32,000 bases of DNA from Candidatus Nitrospira inopinata (lineage in GTDB: Bacteria; Nitrospirota; Nitrospiria; Nitrospirales; Nitrospiraceae): the NCBI RefSeq assembly GCF_001458695.1, contig NZ_LN885086.1, positions 2,130,001 through 2,162,000 on the forward strand. Reading direction: 5' to 3'. Shown one piece after another: positions 16,857 to 24,549 of this stretch; position 1 is the first letter of the stretch; every line of letters starts with the position of its first letter. A program made the position numbers and the translations under genes. Below the pieces are notes generated by a model that saw only the letters and a list, made by a program, of their open reading frames with translations, made no database searches and was not told the origin of the DNA.

Positions 16857-17855
16857 ATGCGAACATGGCGTTTGCCGATAAGAAGATGGACAGTGACGAT
16901 TGGAATCTTCGTGCTTCTGGGATTCAACCATGTATCGGCATGGGGAGAAAGCCCGGCGCCGTCGGTTCATTGGGGCAGCCTGTCCTTCCCCGATCAATAC
17001 TCCACGGTGATCACGGGGCTGACCCTCAATCGGTTCACGCCGACGGATGGGAATGGGGCGAGGTATGATTCGACCGTCGCGAATACGATCGGCTTTAACC
17101 TGATCACGCTCAGTTGGACCCAACATTGGAGTGGAAGCTGGGAAGACTGGAGCAGCAATTTCACGGCCGGCATCAGTCCCACGGGCAACCAACCAAGTGA
17201 ATTCTTCCAGAACAAGGTCGTTCATCAGTTGCGGCACCTGCCCCCAGTGCCCACCGTGGATCCCCGAAAAGAGACCGACGTGATGATCGATGGCTCTCTG
17301 ACGCGGTGGTTCACGTTGGGAGAGCCTAAAATTGTGTTTGTCGGGGCAGGATTTTCCGTCGGCACGGTCTATCAACAGGGGTTTCTGCGAGCCGGGATCA
17401 GACGGTTGCAGATCTCGCCGACGTTCTATCGCGGTGATTGGGGGGAGGTGAGCCTGCGGGCTTCCCTCTTGGGCCGCATCAGCTATCAGAGCAACGGGTC
17501 GGCGCTCCATTCCGTCAGAAACACCGCCGGATTGGTTCAGCCGACCGTGGCATTCGGTCAATACCGCGTGACGGAAAAGGGAGAAACCGTTCCCGCCTGG
17601 GAGATCGAATTCGGGCTGATGTGGGATTCCGGGATTTTTGTCAATCCCGTCGGGGAAAGCCAGAAACAGTTCGCATGGACCTTGGCCCTCTCCACGGGGC
17701 CGCTTCGGTTTGAAACCTGGAACGACAGTATGGGCAATATCGTGACGAGAGACTTCGGGCCTACCTACGGCGCAAGCTTGACGCTCGATCTTCTGCGGGT
17801 GTGGCGCTGGATACAAGAACCGACGGAATCCGCCAGCCTTTCCCCAGCCTCATGA
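16857..17855 (+). CDS. Hypothetical secreted protein, possible outer-membrane beta-barrel
   Basis: A signal-peptide-like N-terminus (MRTWRLPIRRWTVTIGIFVLLGFNHVSAWG) precedes an aromatic/Gly/Asn-rich body with alternating hydrophobic patterns. The antisense ORF 16740..17816 is Arg/Pro-rich and looks like a shadow. An alternative TTG at 16791 follows ggggag. No family was recognised with confidence. Confidence 0.6.
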   Translation: MRTWRLPIRRWTVTIGIFVLLGFNHVSAWGESPAPSVHWGSLSFPDQYSTVITGLTLNRFTPTDGNGARYDSTVANTIGFNLITLSWTQHWSGSWEDWSSNFTAGISPTGNQPSEFFQNKVVHQLRHLPPVPTVDPRKETDVMIDGSLTRWFTLGEPKIVFVGAGFSVGTVYQQGFLRAGIRRLQISPTFYRGDWGEVSLRASLLGRISYQSNGSALHSVRNTAGLVQPTVAFGQYRVTEKGETVPAWEIEFGLMWDSGIFVNPVGESQKQFAWTLALSTGPLRFETWNDSMGNIVTRDFGPTYGASLTLDLLRVWRWIQEPTESASLSPAS

Positions 17856-18358
17856 AACTTGTTACATAACATGCACCAGAATGCATTTGAGCCGGTGTTG
17901 TCCGAGCAGATGCCGATTTCGGTGAGTGCCATGCCGGGTTTTCATCGGTTCTGCCAGAAAACCTCACGCGCGTGAGTCAACGCATCGTCGGGAAAAATAT
18001 CTCACAAGAAGGACGTGCATCAGCATGGTCCTCTAGAACTTTTAATGGATGGTCCAACTGCTCCTAGGCTCTCCTCTGAGCATTCTACCACTGGCGATTG
18101 TCCTAGTCCTGCGGCGTTCTGCACCAGCCCGGTGAGCTCTGGCCACGCAACCTCCTCTGACGCGAGAAATCCCAGCGACCTTCATACCTCATACTCAGAT
18201 AGTACTGCGATGCCTAATTGCTTCATTCGAGCGGGGAAGGATAGCAGCCTACAGAGAAGCTCTAGACACGAAAGACACTCCCTTGAGCGGGCAGCAGGCC
18301 TGCTGGAATAAGATTCGCAGGAGAGCTGGAACAAAGCCCGATCCAATTCAAGCGCCGG

Positions 18359-18698
18359 ATGACAATCAAGGAGGATGTTCGAGTTGTTCAGCGGGTGGAG
18401 CTGTTTTCAATGCCTCTTTCAAGCAAGGCGGGAAAACCATATCGGAAGAAATGGATTTCCAGCGCGATCAAAGCGGCCGTCTCGTCGGCCTGGAACACCG
18501 GTCGGGTTCCCTCTAAGGTGGTGGAGGGGCAAGAGCGTCATTGAGGCGGCGGGGAAGTACATCTGCGCCGTGGCGGAGCAATATGGCGTGGGCGTCGCGC
18601 TACTCAAAAGGCTGGATCAGCGCGTAACCGATGAGTTTGCCCGCGACGAGCGAGAGGAGCTCAGGTCCGCCGAAATTCGGAATATTCGTTCGTTTTAG
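18359..18698 (+). pseudogene. Possible frameshifted small HTH protein (weak resemblance to IS3-family OrfA-type transposase N-terminus)
   Basis: Two overlapping frames each have one protein-like half. These are ...GKPYRKKWISSAIKAAVSSAWNTG... (18359 frame, stop at 18544) and ...KSVIEAAGKYICAVAEQYGVGVALLKRLDQRV...EELRSAEIRNIRS (18375 frame). One frameshift near the gagggg run at about 18525-18535 would join them. The resemblance to R-K-x-F-S-x-E-F-K-x-x-A-V / VA.EYGV....L.RW is weak. Confidence 0.2.
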
Positions 18699-18762
18699 GG
18701 TCGTCACTTTTCAGGAAACCTTTCACGGTCTGTTGGTGTGGACGGCCGGTCTCGTGGGACGA

Positions 18763-19068
18763 ATGTACGGGCCGAACAACGTCGTCACAGGGTCCGCATC
18801 CAGCTTCATCCCGGTTGACATCCAGATTATCAAAGAACCACCCGACGTATCCTATTTTGATCTGCCCTACATGGACAACATCAAATTGGCAGAGAGTAAT
18901 CGGTTTGCGCTGGTCTTGAAGGGTATCTACAGAGGGTCGGATGAAGATGAAAGCGCGGAGGCTGATATCGAGGCGATCCGGTTTAGGAATGATTTTATGA
19001 GCCTGCGAGACCGTCCTCTTTTTGAGGAGATGCTGAAGAAGCTCCAACAGAGCCCTTCGACCAGGTGA
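18763..19068 (+). CDS. Hypothetical small acidic protein (101 aa from ATG 18763)
   Basis: This is the protein-like C-terminal part of track ORF 18631..19068 (IQIIKEPPDVSYFDLPYMDNIKLAESNRFALVLKGIYRGSDEDESAEADIEAIRFRNDF...). It lies in a lower-GC stretch (26/60 G+C at 18841-18900). There is no clear SD and no family was recognised. Confidence 0.35.
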   Translation: MYGPNNVVTGSASSFIPVDIQIIKEPPDVSYFDLPYMDNIKLAESNRFALVLKGIYRGSDEDESAEADIEAIRFRNDFMSLRDRPLFEEMLKKLQQSPSTR

Positions 19069-19171
19069 GCCAATCTGCCGAGGGGCGCGGTGACGGTGAG
19101 CCAGTCCGAGAGAGAAGGGAAACCGCCTGCGAAGAATACGTGCTGAGGCTGGACTTTTAGACGCGAACTCG

Positions 19172-19627
19172 TTACTTGGGTTGAACTAAAAAGGCTTTCG
19201 ACCGGGCGTTGCCTCCTCCCGCCACAATGTCGATGAAGGACATGCCGGCCGGAACGTTGGGCACCGTGGCCTCAATGGTCGTGTCGTTGATGAAGGTGTA
19301 GTCGATCGTCGCCGCGCCGGCGGCGCTGAACGCGACGCCGTGAAAACATTCCTTGGTTCCGAAATTTTCCCCCTTGATCGTGACTTTCTCGCCCGGTTTG
19401 GCCTCGTCAGGCTCTACGGAGAGAATCTTGGGCCGTTTGCTGCGATCGCAGACCGGGTCTTGCTGAATTGTGCGCTCGTCCGACCCCTCGATCGATTTCA
19501 TATCGTACAGTGTAAAACCCGATCCTTCGACCACGGCTCCCTCTTCGGCGTAGACCGTACGGGAAAGCGGCGGCGTAAGAAGCAATAAAGAGACGATTAT
19601 GATCCGAGAGGGGAGCTGAAGGCGCAT
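19172..19627 (-). CDS. Secreted IPT/TIG-domain protein
   Basis: The signal peptide is MRLQLPSRIIIVSLLLLTPPLSRTVYA. PKILSVEPDEAKPGEKVTIKGENFG...VAF...TTIEATVPNVPAG...IDIV is the typical IPT/TIG pattern. aggagg lies 4-5 nt upstream of the ATG. The gene starts 20 nt after the upstream gene's stop. Confidence 0.75.
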   Translation of the reverse strand: MRLQLPSRIIIVSLLLLTPPLSRTVYAEEGAVVEGSGFTLYDMKSIEGSDERTIQQDPVCDRSKRPKILSVEPDEAKPGEKVTIKGENFGTKECFHGVAFSAAGAATIDYTFINDTTIEATVPNVPAGMSFIDIVAGGGNARSKAFLVQPK

Positions 19628-19647
19628 GGAACCTCCTGTGAGCGAAC

Positions 19648-20469
19648 TTATTCGCTCTGTAACGAAATATACTCGTTCCCGACGATCGCCTGACCGGGAG
19701 CCGAGCGGGCGAACGTTATGAAGGCTTGGACCAACGGATCAGGTTGCGGCTTGGATAGCAGCAACAAGGGGCGACGGAGGCCGTAGCGGCCGTCTCGCAC
19801 GGTCGGTGCCTCGGGTTCGACTTTATCGATGGGCATCAAGCGAACGGCGACGCCGCTTGAAACCGCCGACAGACCGGAACTCAAAGAAATATAGGCGACG
19901 GCTGACAATGGCGGCAGCGTGCCCGCGACGGTTTTCACGACCAGGTCATCGGAGTCGATCGTCTTGGCGGTATCGGAAATTTTTCCGACGATCTCCAATT
20001 GCGATTCGAAGGCGTCGCGAATGTTTTGACTGCGCGGGCGATCGATCAGCGAAATCCTGGTCTCGGGTCCTCCCACCTCGGACCATTCCTTGACGGCTCC
20101 AGTAAAGATGAGAGCAACCTGCTGCTTTGTGAGTTCTTTGGTGAAGTTGGACAGGTGAACCAAGATGCCGATCCCGTCCCATCCGATTTGCGTGGAGGCC
20201 AGGTCCGGATGGGCTGAAGCCGAGACGGCGATATGGGCTTGACCGCGTTTGACCATCTCAGGAGGATTCAATTGGGTATCCCACAGCACGTCGATGTAGG
20301 CCCTCGGGTGCGCCTTTTCAAAAGCGCGAGCGAGGGCCTCCATGACGGTTTGTTCCGGGCCGTTTCCGACGATAATAAGGTTTCCCGCAGGCTCGAACGC
20401 CAGGACTGGGCCTGTCGCCAACATCGAGAGCAGCGCCAAGGCGGTGACAACGGCTCTCGCGACGTTCAT
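19648..20469 (-). CDS. Periplasmic PstS-like (PBP_like_2) substrate-binding protein with no adjacent ABC permease or ATPase
   Basis: The signal peptide is MNVARAVVTALALLSMLATGPVLA. LIIVGNGPEQTVMEALARAFEKAHP, GWDGIGILVH.SN...LTKQQVALIFTGAVKEWSEVGG and RDGRYGLRRPL follow the PstS-family pattern. I chose ATG 20469; the track start at 20595 overlaps the FmdB gene. Confidence 0.8.
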   Translation of the reverse strand: MNVARAVVTALALLSMLATGPVLAFEPAGNLIIVGNGPEQTVMEALARAFEKAHPRAYIDVLWDTQLNPPEMVKRGQAHIAVSASAHPDLASTQIGWDGIGILVHLSNFTKELTKQQVALIFTGAVKEWSEVGGPETRISLIDRPRSQNIRDAFESQLEIVGKISDTAKTIDSDDLVVKTVAGTLPPLSAVAYISLSSGLSAVSSGVAVRLMPIDKVEPEAPTVRDGRYGLRRPLLLLSKPQPDPLVQAFITFARSAPGQAIVGNEYISLQSE

Positions 20470-20539
20470 GGCGCCTCTGCGCGACGGAGGCGTGAAAAGG
20501 GATGGACCGATATAGGAGCGAAAAAGAGACGACTCATTT

Positions 20540-20860
20540 TTATGGTTCAGTAGAGGGGTCCGATTCCGTGGCGGACTCCCATCCGCAATAGGCATTCGGC
20601 CGAGGCATGTTGCGTTTTACGTCCAAGGGCGGCAGTTTGGCGAACCGCTCCATCCGCTCTTGATTCATGGCGGCGGCTTTCATTTCGACGAAGCCGGGCT
20701 TGTGAGTTCCGACGATTTTCGATGAAAAAGAAGAAAGCAGCCGGGTGGCCTGCCTGGCGTGACACGAGGGGCACTCGGTGTCCTCGATGCGGTCATGAAC
20801 CGATTGGGCGGCTTCAAAATGTGTCGAGCACGCTTCGCAACGGTATTCATACAGTGGCAT
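20540..20860 (-). CDS. FmdB-family zinc-ribbon protein
   Basis: MPLYEYRCEACSTHFE...ECPSCHA is the canonical N-terminal CxxC...CPxC zinc ribbon of the FmdB/CxxC_CxxC_SSSS family. The product is 106 aa. Confidence 0.8.
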   Translation of the reverse strand: MPLYEYRCEACSTHFEAAQSVHDRIEDTECPSCHARQATRLLSSFSSKIVGTHKPGFVEMKAAAMNQERMERFAKLPPLDVKRNMPRPNAYCGWESATESDPSTEP

Positions 20861-20933
20861 GACGGACGTTCTTTCTTTGAGCCGGCCTCGCCAGCGGTCC
20901 GGAAACAGCCGTGCAAGCGCCGCGTGGACGCCC

Positions 20934-20963
20934 TTGACCAGGCGATGACATTGCGTTTATTGT
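20934..20963 (+). promoter_or_regulatory. Candidate sigma70-type promoter for the small ORF at 21009
   Basis: TTGACC (20934-20939) is separated by an 18-nt spacer from TATTGT (20958-20963), about 45 nt upstream of ATG 21009. This is a pattern match only. Confidence 0.3.
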
Positions 20964-21008
20964 AGCACGATTTTGTTCTGAAACGACCAGTGTCGGAGGA
21001 GGAAACCA

Positions 21009-21185
21009 ATGCCGGTGCTTATTAGACGCTATAAGGGTCACAGCGGGGTGATGCAGGAAGAGCGGATCGACGACGATGATCGCATCGAGCGATACATGCG
21101 GCTGTTCGAGAAAGACGATCTGAAAAAGCTGGAGACGGGCCAAAAGGTCTTCATTGAAAAGGATGAGTGGCAACTCCTTCCCTGA
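21009..21185 (+). CDS. Small hypothetical acidic protein (58 aa), not in the supplied ORF track (below its length cutoff)
   Basis: ATG 21009 lies 5-6 nt after ggaggagg (20996-21003). The translation is MPVLIRRYKGHSGVMQEERIDDDDRIERYMRLFEKDDLKKLETGQKVFIEKDEWQLLP, with a TGA stop at 21183-21185. Composition is charged and helical-looking, unlike the overlapping minus-strand ORFs. Confidence 0.5.
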   Translation: MPVLIRRYKGHSGVMQEERIDDDDRIERYMRLFEKDDLKKLETGQKVFIEKDEWQLLP

Positions 21186-21231
21186 TTGCCTGTCCCGCGC
21201 TTTACCCGGCTTGATATGACGTACTGGGTCC

Positions 21232-21261
21232 ACGTCGCCCGATCAATTGATCGGGCGACGT
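21232..21261. repeat. 30-bp perfect palindrome acgtcgcccgatcaattgatcgggcgacgt
   Basis: The sequence is its own reverse complement, read directly from the window. The core is GATC-AATT-GATC (two GATC sites flanking CAATTG). It lies 46 nt after the small-ORF stop and 222 nt before the eamA-type gene. It explains why ORFs on both strands translate to ARSIDRAT here. Confidence 0.9.
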
Positions 21262-21482
21262 TGCATCGTGATCGGTGTTCAGAAATCCCGTCGAATGCCA
21301 CTTCCAGTGATTTCTGGGAGGGAGGGTGGTTCGATTACCCCGACAAGGAGCGGGCGCTCCGTGCCATGGAGCAGGCGGGCGTCACGGAACAGCGGCGGTG
21401 TTCTCTCTGTAAGCCTTGATCAAGGGATCCTCGAAAGAGAGATCGGAAGCGCGGACTGCCGACGGGCTTTCCGGATTCAATA

Positions 21483-22361
21483 ATGCCTCGTCTCGTCTTG
21501 CTCCTGACGACTCTGATTTGGGGAGCCACCTTTCCGGCCACGAAGGCGGCTCTCGATCAAATTCCCCCGCTCTCATTTTTATGCCTGAGATTTTTATTGG
21601 GGACCGTCCTGATCGTCATATGGTTCGCGGCGGTGAACCGGCGGCTTGTACGTGAAAAGCCGGTGGTCGCCGCCAGCGCCGTGGCGACGCTGTTCCTCTT
21701 TTTCGGCTACGTGTTGCAGACCGTCGGGCTTCGGTACACCAGCGCCTCCAATTCCGCCTTTTTGACGGTGCTCTACGTGATATTCGTGCCGCTCTTTTTG
21801 AGGCGATTCGGAGGGCGGGTCCTGCTCGCGGCGACGGTGGCCGTGGCCGGGCTGTGGTTGTTGGTGAAGCCCAGCGCCGACGTGAACGTCGGCGATCTGT
21901 TGACGATCGGCTGCGCGGCGGCTTTTGCAGGCCATATCATTTGTCTTGAGCGATTCACCCGTCTTTTCGATGCTCCGTCGCTTCTGGCCTGGCAGATGAT
22001 CGCCGTCACGGCGTTGTTTGTTCCCATTGCATGGTGGGAACATGCGTCGCCGGGAGCCTTTGCGCCGACGACGGTCTTGTTGATCGGGCTGGGGGTCACG
22101 GGCGTCTTGGCCACCGGAGCCTTTGCCGTGCAGATGTGGGTTCAGCAGCTCGTTCCCGCTCAACAAGTGGCCTTGATCTTCGCTTCCGAACCGGTGTATG
22201 CCGCGTGGCTCTCATGGTATTTTCTCGGCGAAACGTTGGATCTGCAAGGATGGATCGGCAGCGCGCTCATTTTGCTCGCGGTGCTGACGGGCGCCTTTGC
22301 AAGCCAATCTCCCCCCGCCGCTCCACTCGTAGCCGACTCAGGATCGGAGCGCACGGTGTAA
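21483..22361 (+). CDS. EamA/DMT-superfamily transporter
   Basis: The N-terminus LLLTTLIWGATFPATKAAL is typical of EamA domains. The product has about 10 hydrophobic segments arranged as two EamA-like halves and is 292 aa. Confidence 0.9.
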   Translation: MPRLVLLLTTLIWGATFPATKAALDQIPPLSFLCLRFLLGTVLIVIWFAAVNRRLVREKPVVAASAVATLFLFFGYVLQTVGLRYTSASNSAFLTVLYVIFVPLFLRRFGGRVLLAATVAVAGLWLLVKPSADVNVGDLLTIGCAAAFAGHIICLERFTRLFDAPSLLAWQMIAVTALFVPIAWWEHASPGAFAPTTVLLIGLGVTGVLATGAFAVQMWVQQLVPAQQVALIFASEPVYAAWLSWYFLGETLDLQGWIGSALILLAVLTGAFASQSPPAAPLVADSGSERTV

Positions 22362-22409
22362 AGCGAGGAGCGGAGGACGGTCATCACCGAGAGAAACGGG
22401 AGGTGTCAC

Positions 22410-22883
22410 ATGGCGCAAAAATTTGGAAACGGTCGCTGGGTACGCGAAGGATTTCTTGATAACCGCGAGGCGGGAACGGTCGTCGGCCGAGTCGTGTTTG
22501 CCGGCGTCGGTCCGGTCGATTTCTTTTTGCTGGGGGACTTCAAAGCCGATATTGCGGGGGAAGTGATTCAGTTTCGAAACAGCCGATTTGAAGATGATGA
22601 AACGGCCGTACAGGTCATCGGCGACATGGAGAATCCTCAAATCGGAACGGTCAACCTCATCTCGCTTGACCCGCATCCCAACCTGATGCCGCATCCATAC
22701 GTGGAATGGTTCTCGCTCAAGAAGGAGCATTATCGATTCGAACTGAACGCGGATGACGCCTGGATCGTACGGGCGGATAAGCTCGAAGCGATTGATCGGG
22801 AAAGTGAGAGAATTCGTCGATCGTTGGCCGCTCAGCTACCGACGCGATCATTGTCCGATAATGATAAGCCGGAGTGGGTTTGA
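22410..22883 (+). CDS. Hypothetical protein (157 aa)
   Basis: gggagg lies 6 nt upstream of the ATG. Amino-acid composition is balanced and codon usage resembles the neighbouring genes. No family was recognised. Confidence 0.7.
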   Translation: MAQKFGNGRWVREGFLDNREAGTVVGRVVFAGVGPVDFFLLGDFKADIAGEVIQFRNSRFEDDETAVQVIGDMENPQIGTVNLISLDPHPNLMPHPYVEWFSLKKEHYRFELNADDAWIVRADKLEAIDRESERIRRSLAAQLPTRSLSDNDKPEWV

Positions 22884-23046
22884 GAAGAGTCCGGTGCGTC
22901 GTACGAGTTTTGCCCACAAAGTCCGATGTTCCGGACCATAAGCTCCGAGAAGGGCGGCGTCCCGTTCTCTCTTGAGACGGCGGACGTGGCCGCCGTGGCC
23001 GTTGGATCAACCTGCCGGCCCGCCGTCTCTTGAATCGGGAGCGAGC

Positions 23047-24114
23047 TTAGGCCGGGATGTTCTCGGCCGGAGCTTGAACGGGGATCGTCATGTCGATGGG
23101 ACGTTTCAGAATGCTACGATCCGGTTCCTGTTTGGCCGATTCCTGCTTCGTTTTCCCCTCCCGCACGTATTCGGGCACCTCTCGAATGTCCCATACCAGG
23201 CCCAGTCGTTCCAGCAGCTTCAGTCCGTAATAGGTGAGGTCGATTTCCCACCAATAGAATCCCTGCCTGGTGGAAGCGGGGTAATAATGGTGATTATTGT
23301 GCCAACCTTCTCCCATGGTAATGAGGGCGAGGATGAAATTGTTCCGGCTGTCGTCTCCCGTTTCGTAGCGCTGCGATCCGTAAACGTGCGACAGGGAGTT
23401 GATGGTGAAGGTGCCGTGGGCAAGGGCGACGGTCGAGATGAAAAACCCCCAGATGAGCATTTGGGGGCCGTTGGTGCCGAGATGCGGAGCGGAAAGTTCC
23501 AGCACGCGACCCAACCCGAACATGGCGAATCCGGTCAGGACCGGAATTACGATGTCGAATCGATCCAGAAACCGCAGCTCCGGAAACTTATAAAAATCGG
23601 CGATTGCTTTGAATCGGGGAGCGAAATGCGTTTGAGAAGTAAACCAGCCCATGTGAGACCAGAAAAATCCTCTCTGGCGCGGCGAATGCACATCGTCCGG
23701 CGTGTCGGAGGCGATATGGTGGTGACGGTGATGACCCGCCCACCAAAGGGGTCCGCGCTGCACGCACATGCCGCCCAGAACCGCGAAGGCGAACTGAGTG
23801 GCGCGGGACGTCTTGAACGTGCGATGCGAAAAGTACCGGTGATACCATCCGGTAATCGCGAACATGCGAACGAAATAAAAGGCCACCGCCACGCCGACGG
23901 CCGTCCAGCTCCAGCCTACCCAAAAGACTCCCAGACACATGAGATGGACCGCGATAAACGGAATGCTGCGGATCCAGTCGAACTTGGGAGGGCCCTCCAC
24001 CTTCATGTGTTCCAGGCCGGCCCACGAGTCGAACCAGCGAAGAAACGAGTACCAGCGATCCCGGCCCGTCGTTTTCGGCTTTTCATCAGAGGGGGGCGTC
24101 AGCATGTTGGCCAT
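23047..24114 (-). CDS. Membrane acyl-CoA/acyl-lipid delta-9-type fatty acid desaturase
   Basis: The three His boxes are HRYFSHRTF, HHRHHH and GEGWHNNHHYYP. Hydrophobic helices surround them. ATG 24114 (MANMLTPP) lies 8 nt after ggagg; the track start at 24270 adds 52 residues. Confidence 0.92.
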   Translation of the reverse strand: MANMLTPPSDEKPKTTGRDRWYSFLRWFDSWAGLEHMKVEGPPKFDWIRSIPFIAVHLMCLGVFWVGWSWTAVGVAVAFYFVRMFAITGWYHRYFSHRTFKTSRATQFAFAVLGGMCVQRGPLWWAGHHRHHHIASDTPDDVHSPRQRGFFWSHMGWFTSQTHFAPRFKAIADFYKFPELRFLDRFDIVIPVLTGFAMFGLGRVLELSAPHLGTNGPQMLIWGFFISTVALAHGTFTINSLSHVYGSQRYETGDDSRNNFILALITMGEGWHNNHHYYPASTRQGFYWWEIDLTYYGLKLLERLGLVWDIREVPEYVREGKTKQESAKQEPDRSILKRPIDMTIPVQAPAENIPA

Positions 24115-24549
24115 TCCATATACCTCCACGTCGTACAGACTGATGCAAGGCGGCGTTGAAGACAGGACACAACCGTCTCTCTTGGAGCTGAATTCGGCGG
24201 CGTTTGTGTGATGAAAATGAATGTAAGCCGCAGAGTCCGATCTCGCGCAAGATGGATGATAGGGGGGCATTATACACGCAGCTCTTCAAAAATAAAACCG
24301 CTCATGATGATGACTCCGACTATTTTTTTGTGCGGTCATCGGCCTGGCGGACCGTCCGATCCCGTGTCCCGTGCATTGTCCCTGTCGCCATTCCGGCGCG
24401 TCGGGAGTCGAAATCGTGAAAACTGAGCATGTCGAAATGACGCTCCCGAGAATGTGCGAATGTGCGATTGACAGGGGGCTGGTTCCATATTGAAGGACCT
24501 GATTGAAAGACCTGGAATAGTTTTTCGACACCCTGCTACAATGCGCGGA

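Noticed and set aside
18020-18226. Minus-strand fragment MKQLGIAVLSEYEV*RSLGFLASEEVAWPELTGLVQNAAGLG..., reminiscent of HicB/UPF0150 antitoxins (the PELPGC motif).
   Set aside because: It is interrupted by an in-frame stop. The spacing to the PEL motif is off and the downstream sequence does not follow the HicB pattern, so the resemblance is too weak to call.
21186-21419. 77-aa plus-strand ORF (MPVPRFTRLDMTYWVHVARSIDRATLH...) between the small ORF and the EamA gene.
   Set aside because: No SD precedes any of its possible starts, and it reads straight through the 30-bp palindrome. The palindrome produces the same ARSIDRAT peptide on the other strand, which is a palindrome artefact. It may still be real from an internal start, but I cannot support it.
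22972-24159. 395-aa plus-strand ORF over the desaturase. Similar cases are 24286-25569 (minus) over hemE, 25728-26612 (minus) over hemH, 27951-29009 (plus) over cfa and 16740-17816 (minus) over the secreted hypothetical.
   Set aside because: Same reasoning: the opposite strands encode His-box, HemE, ferrochelatase and CFA-synthase motifs. These frames have no recognisable motifs and skewed composition.
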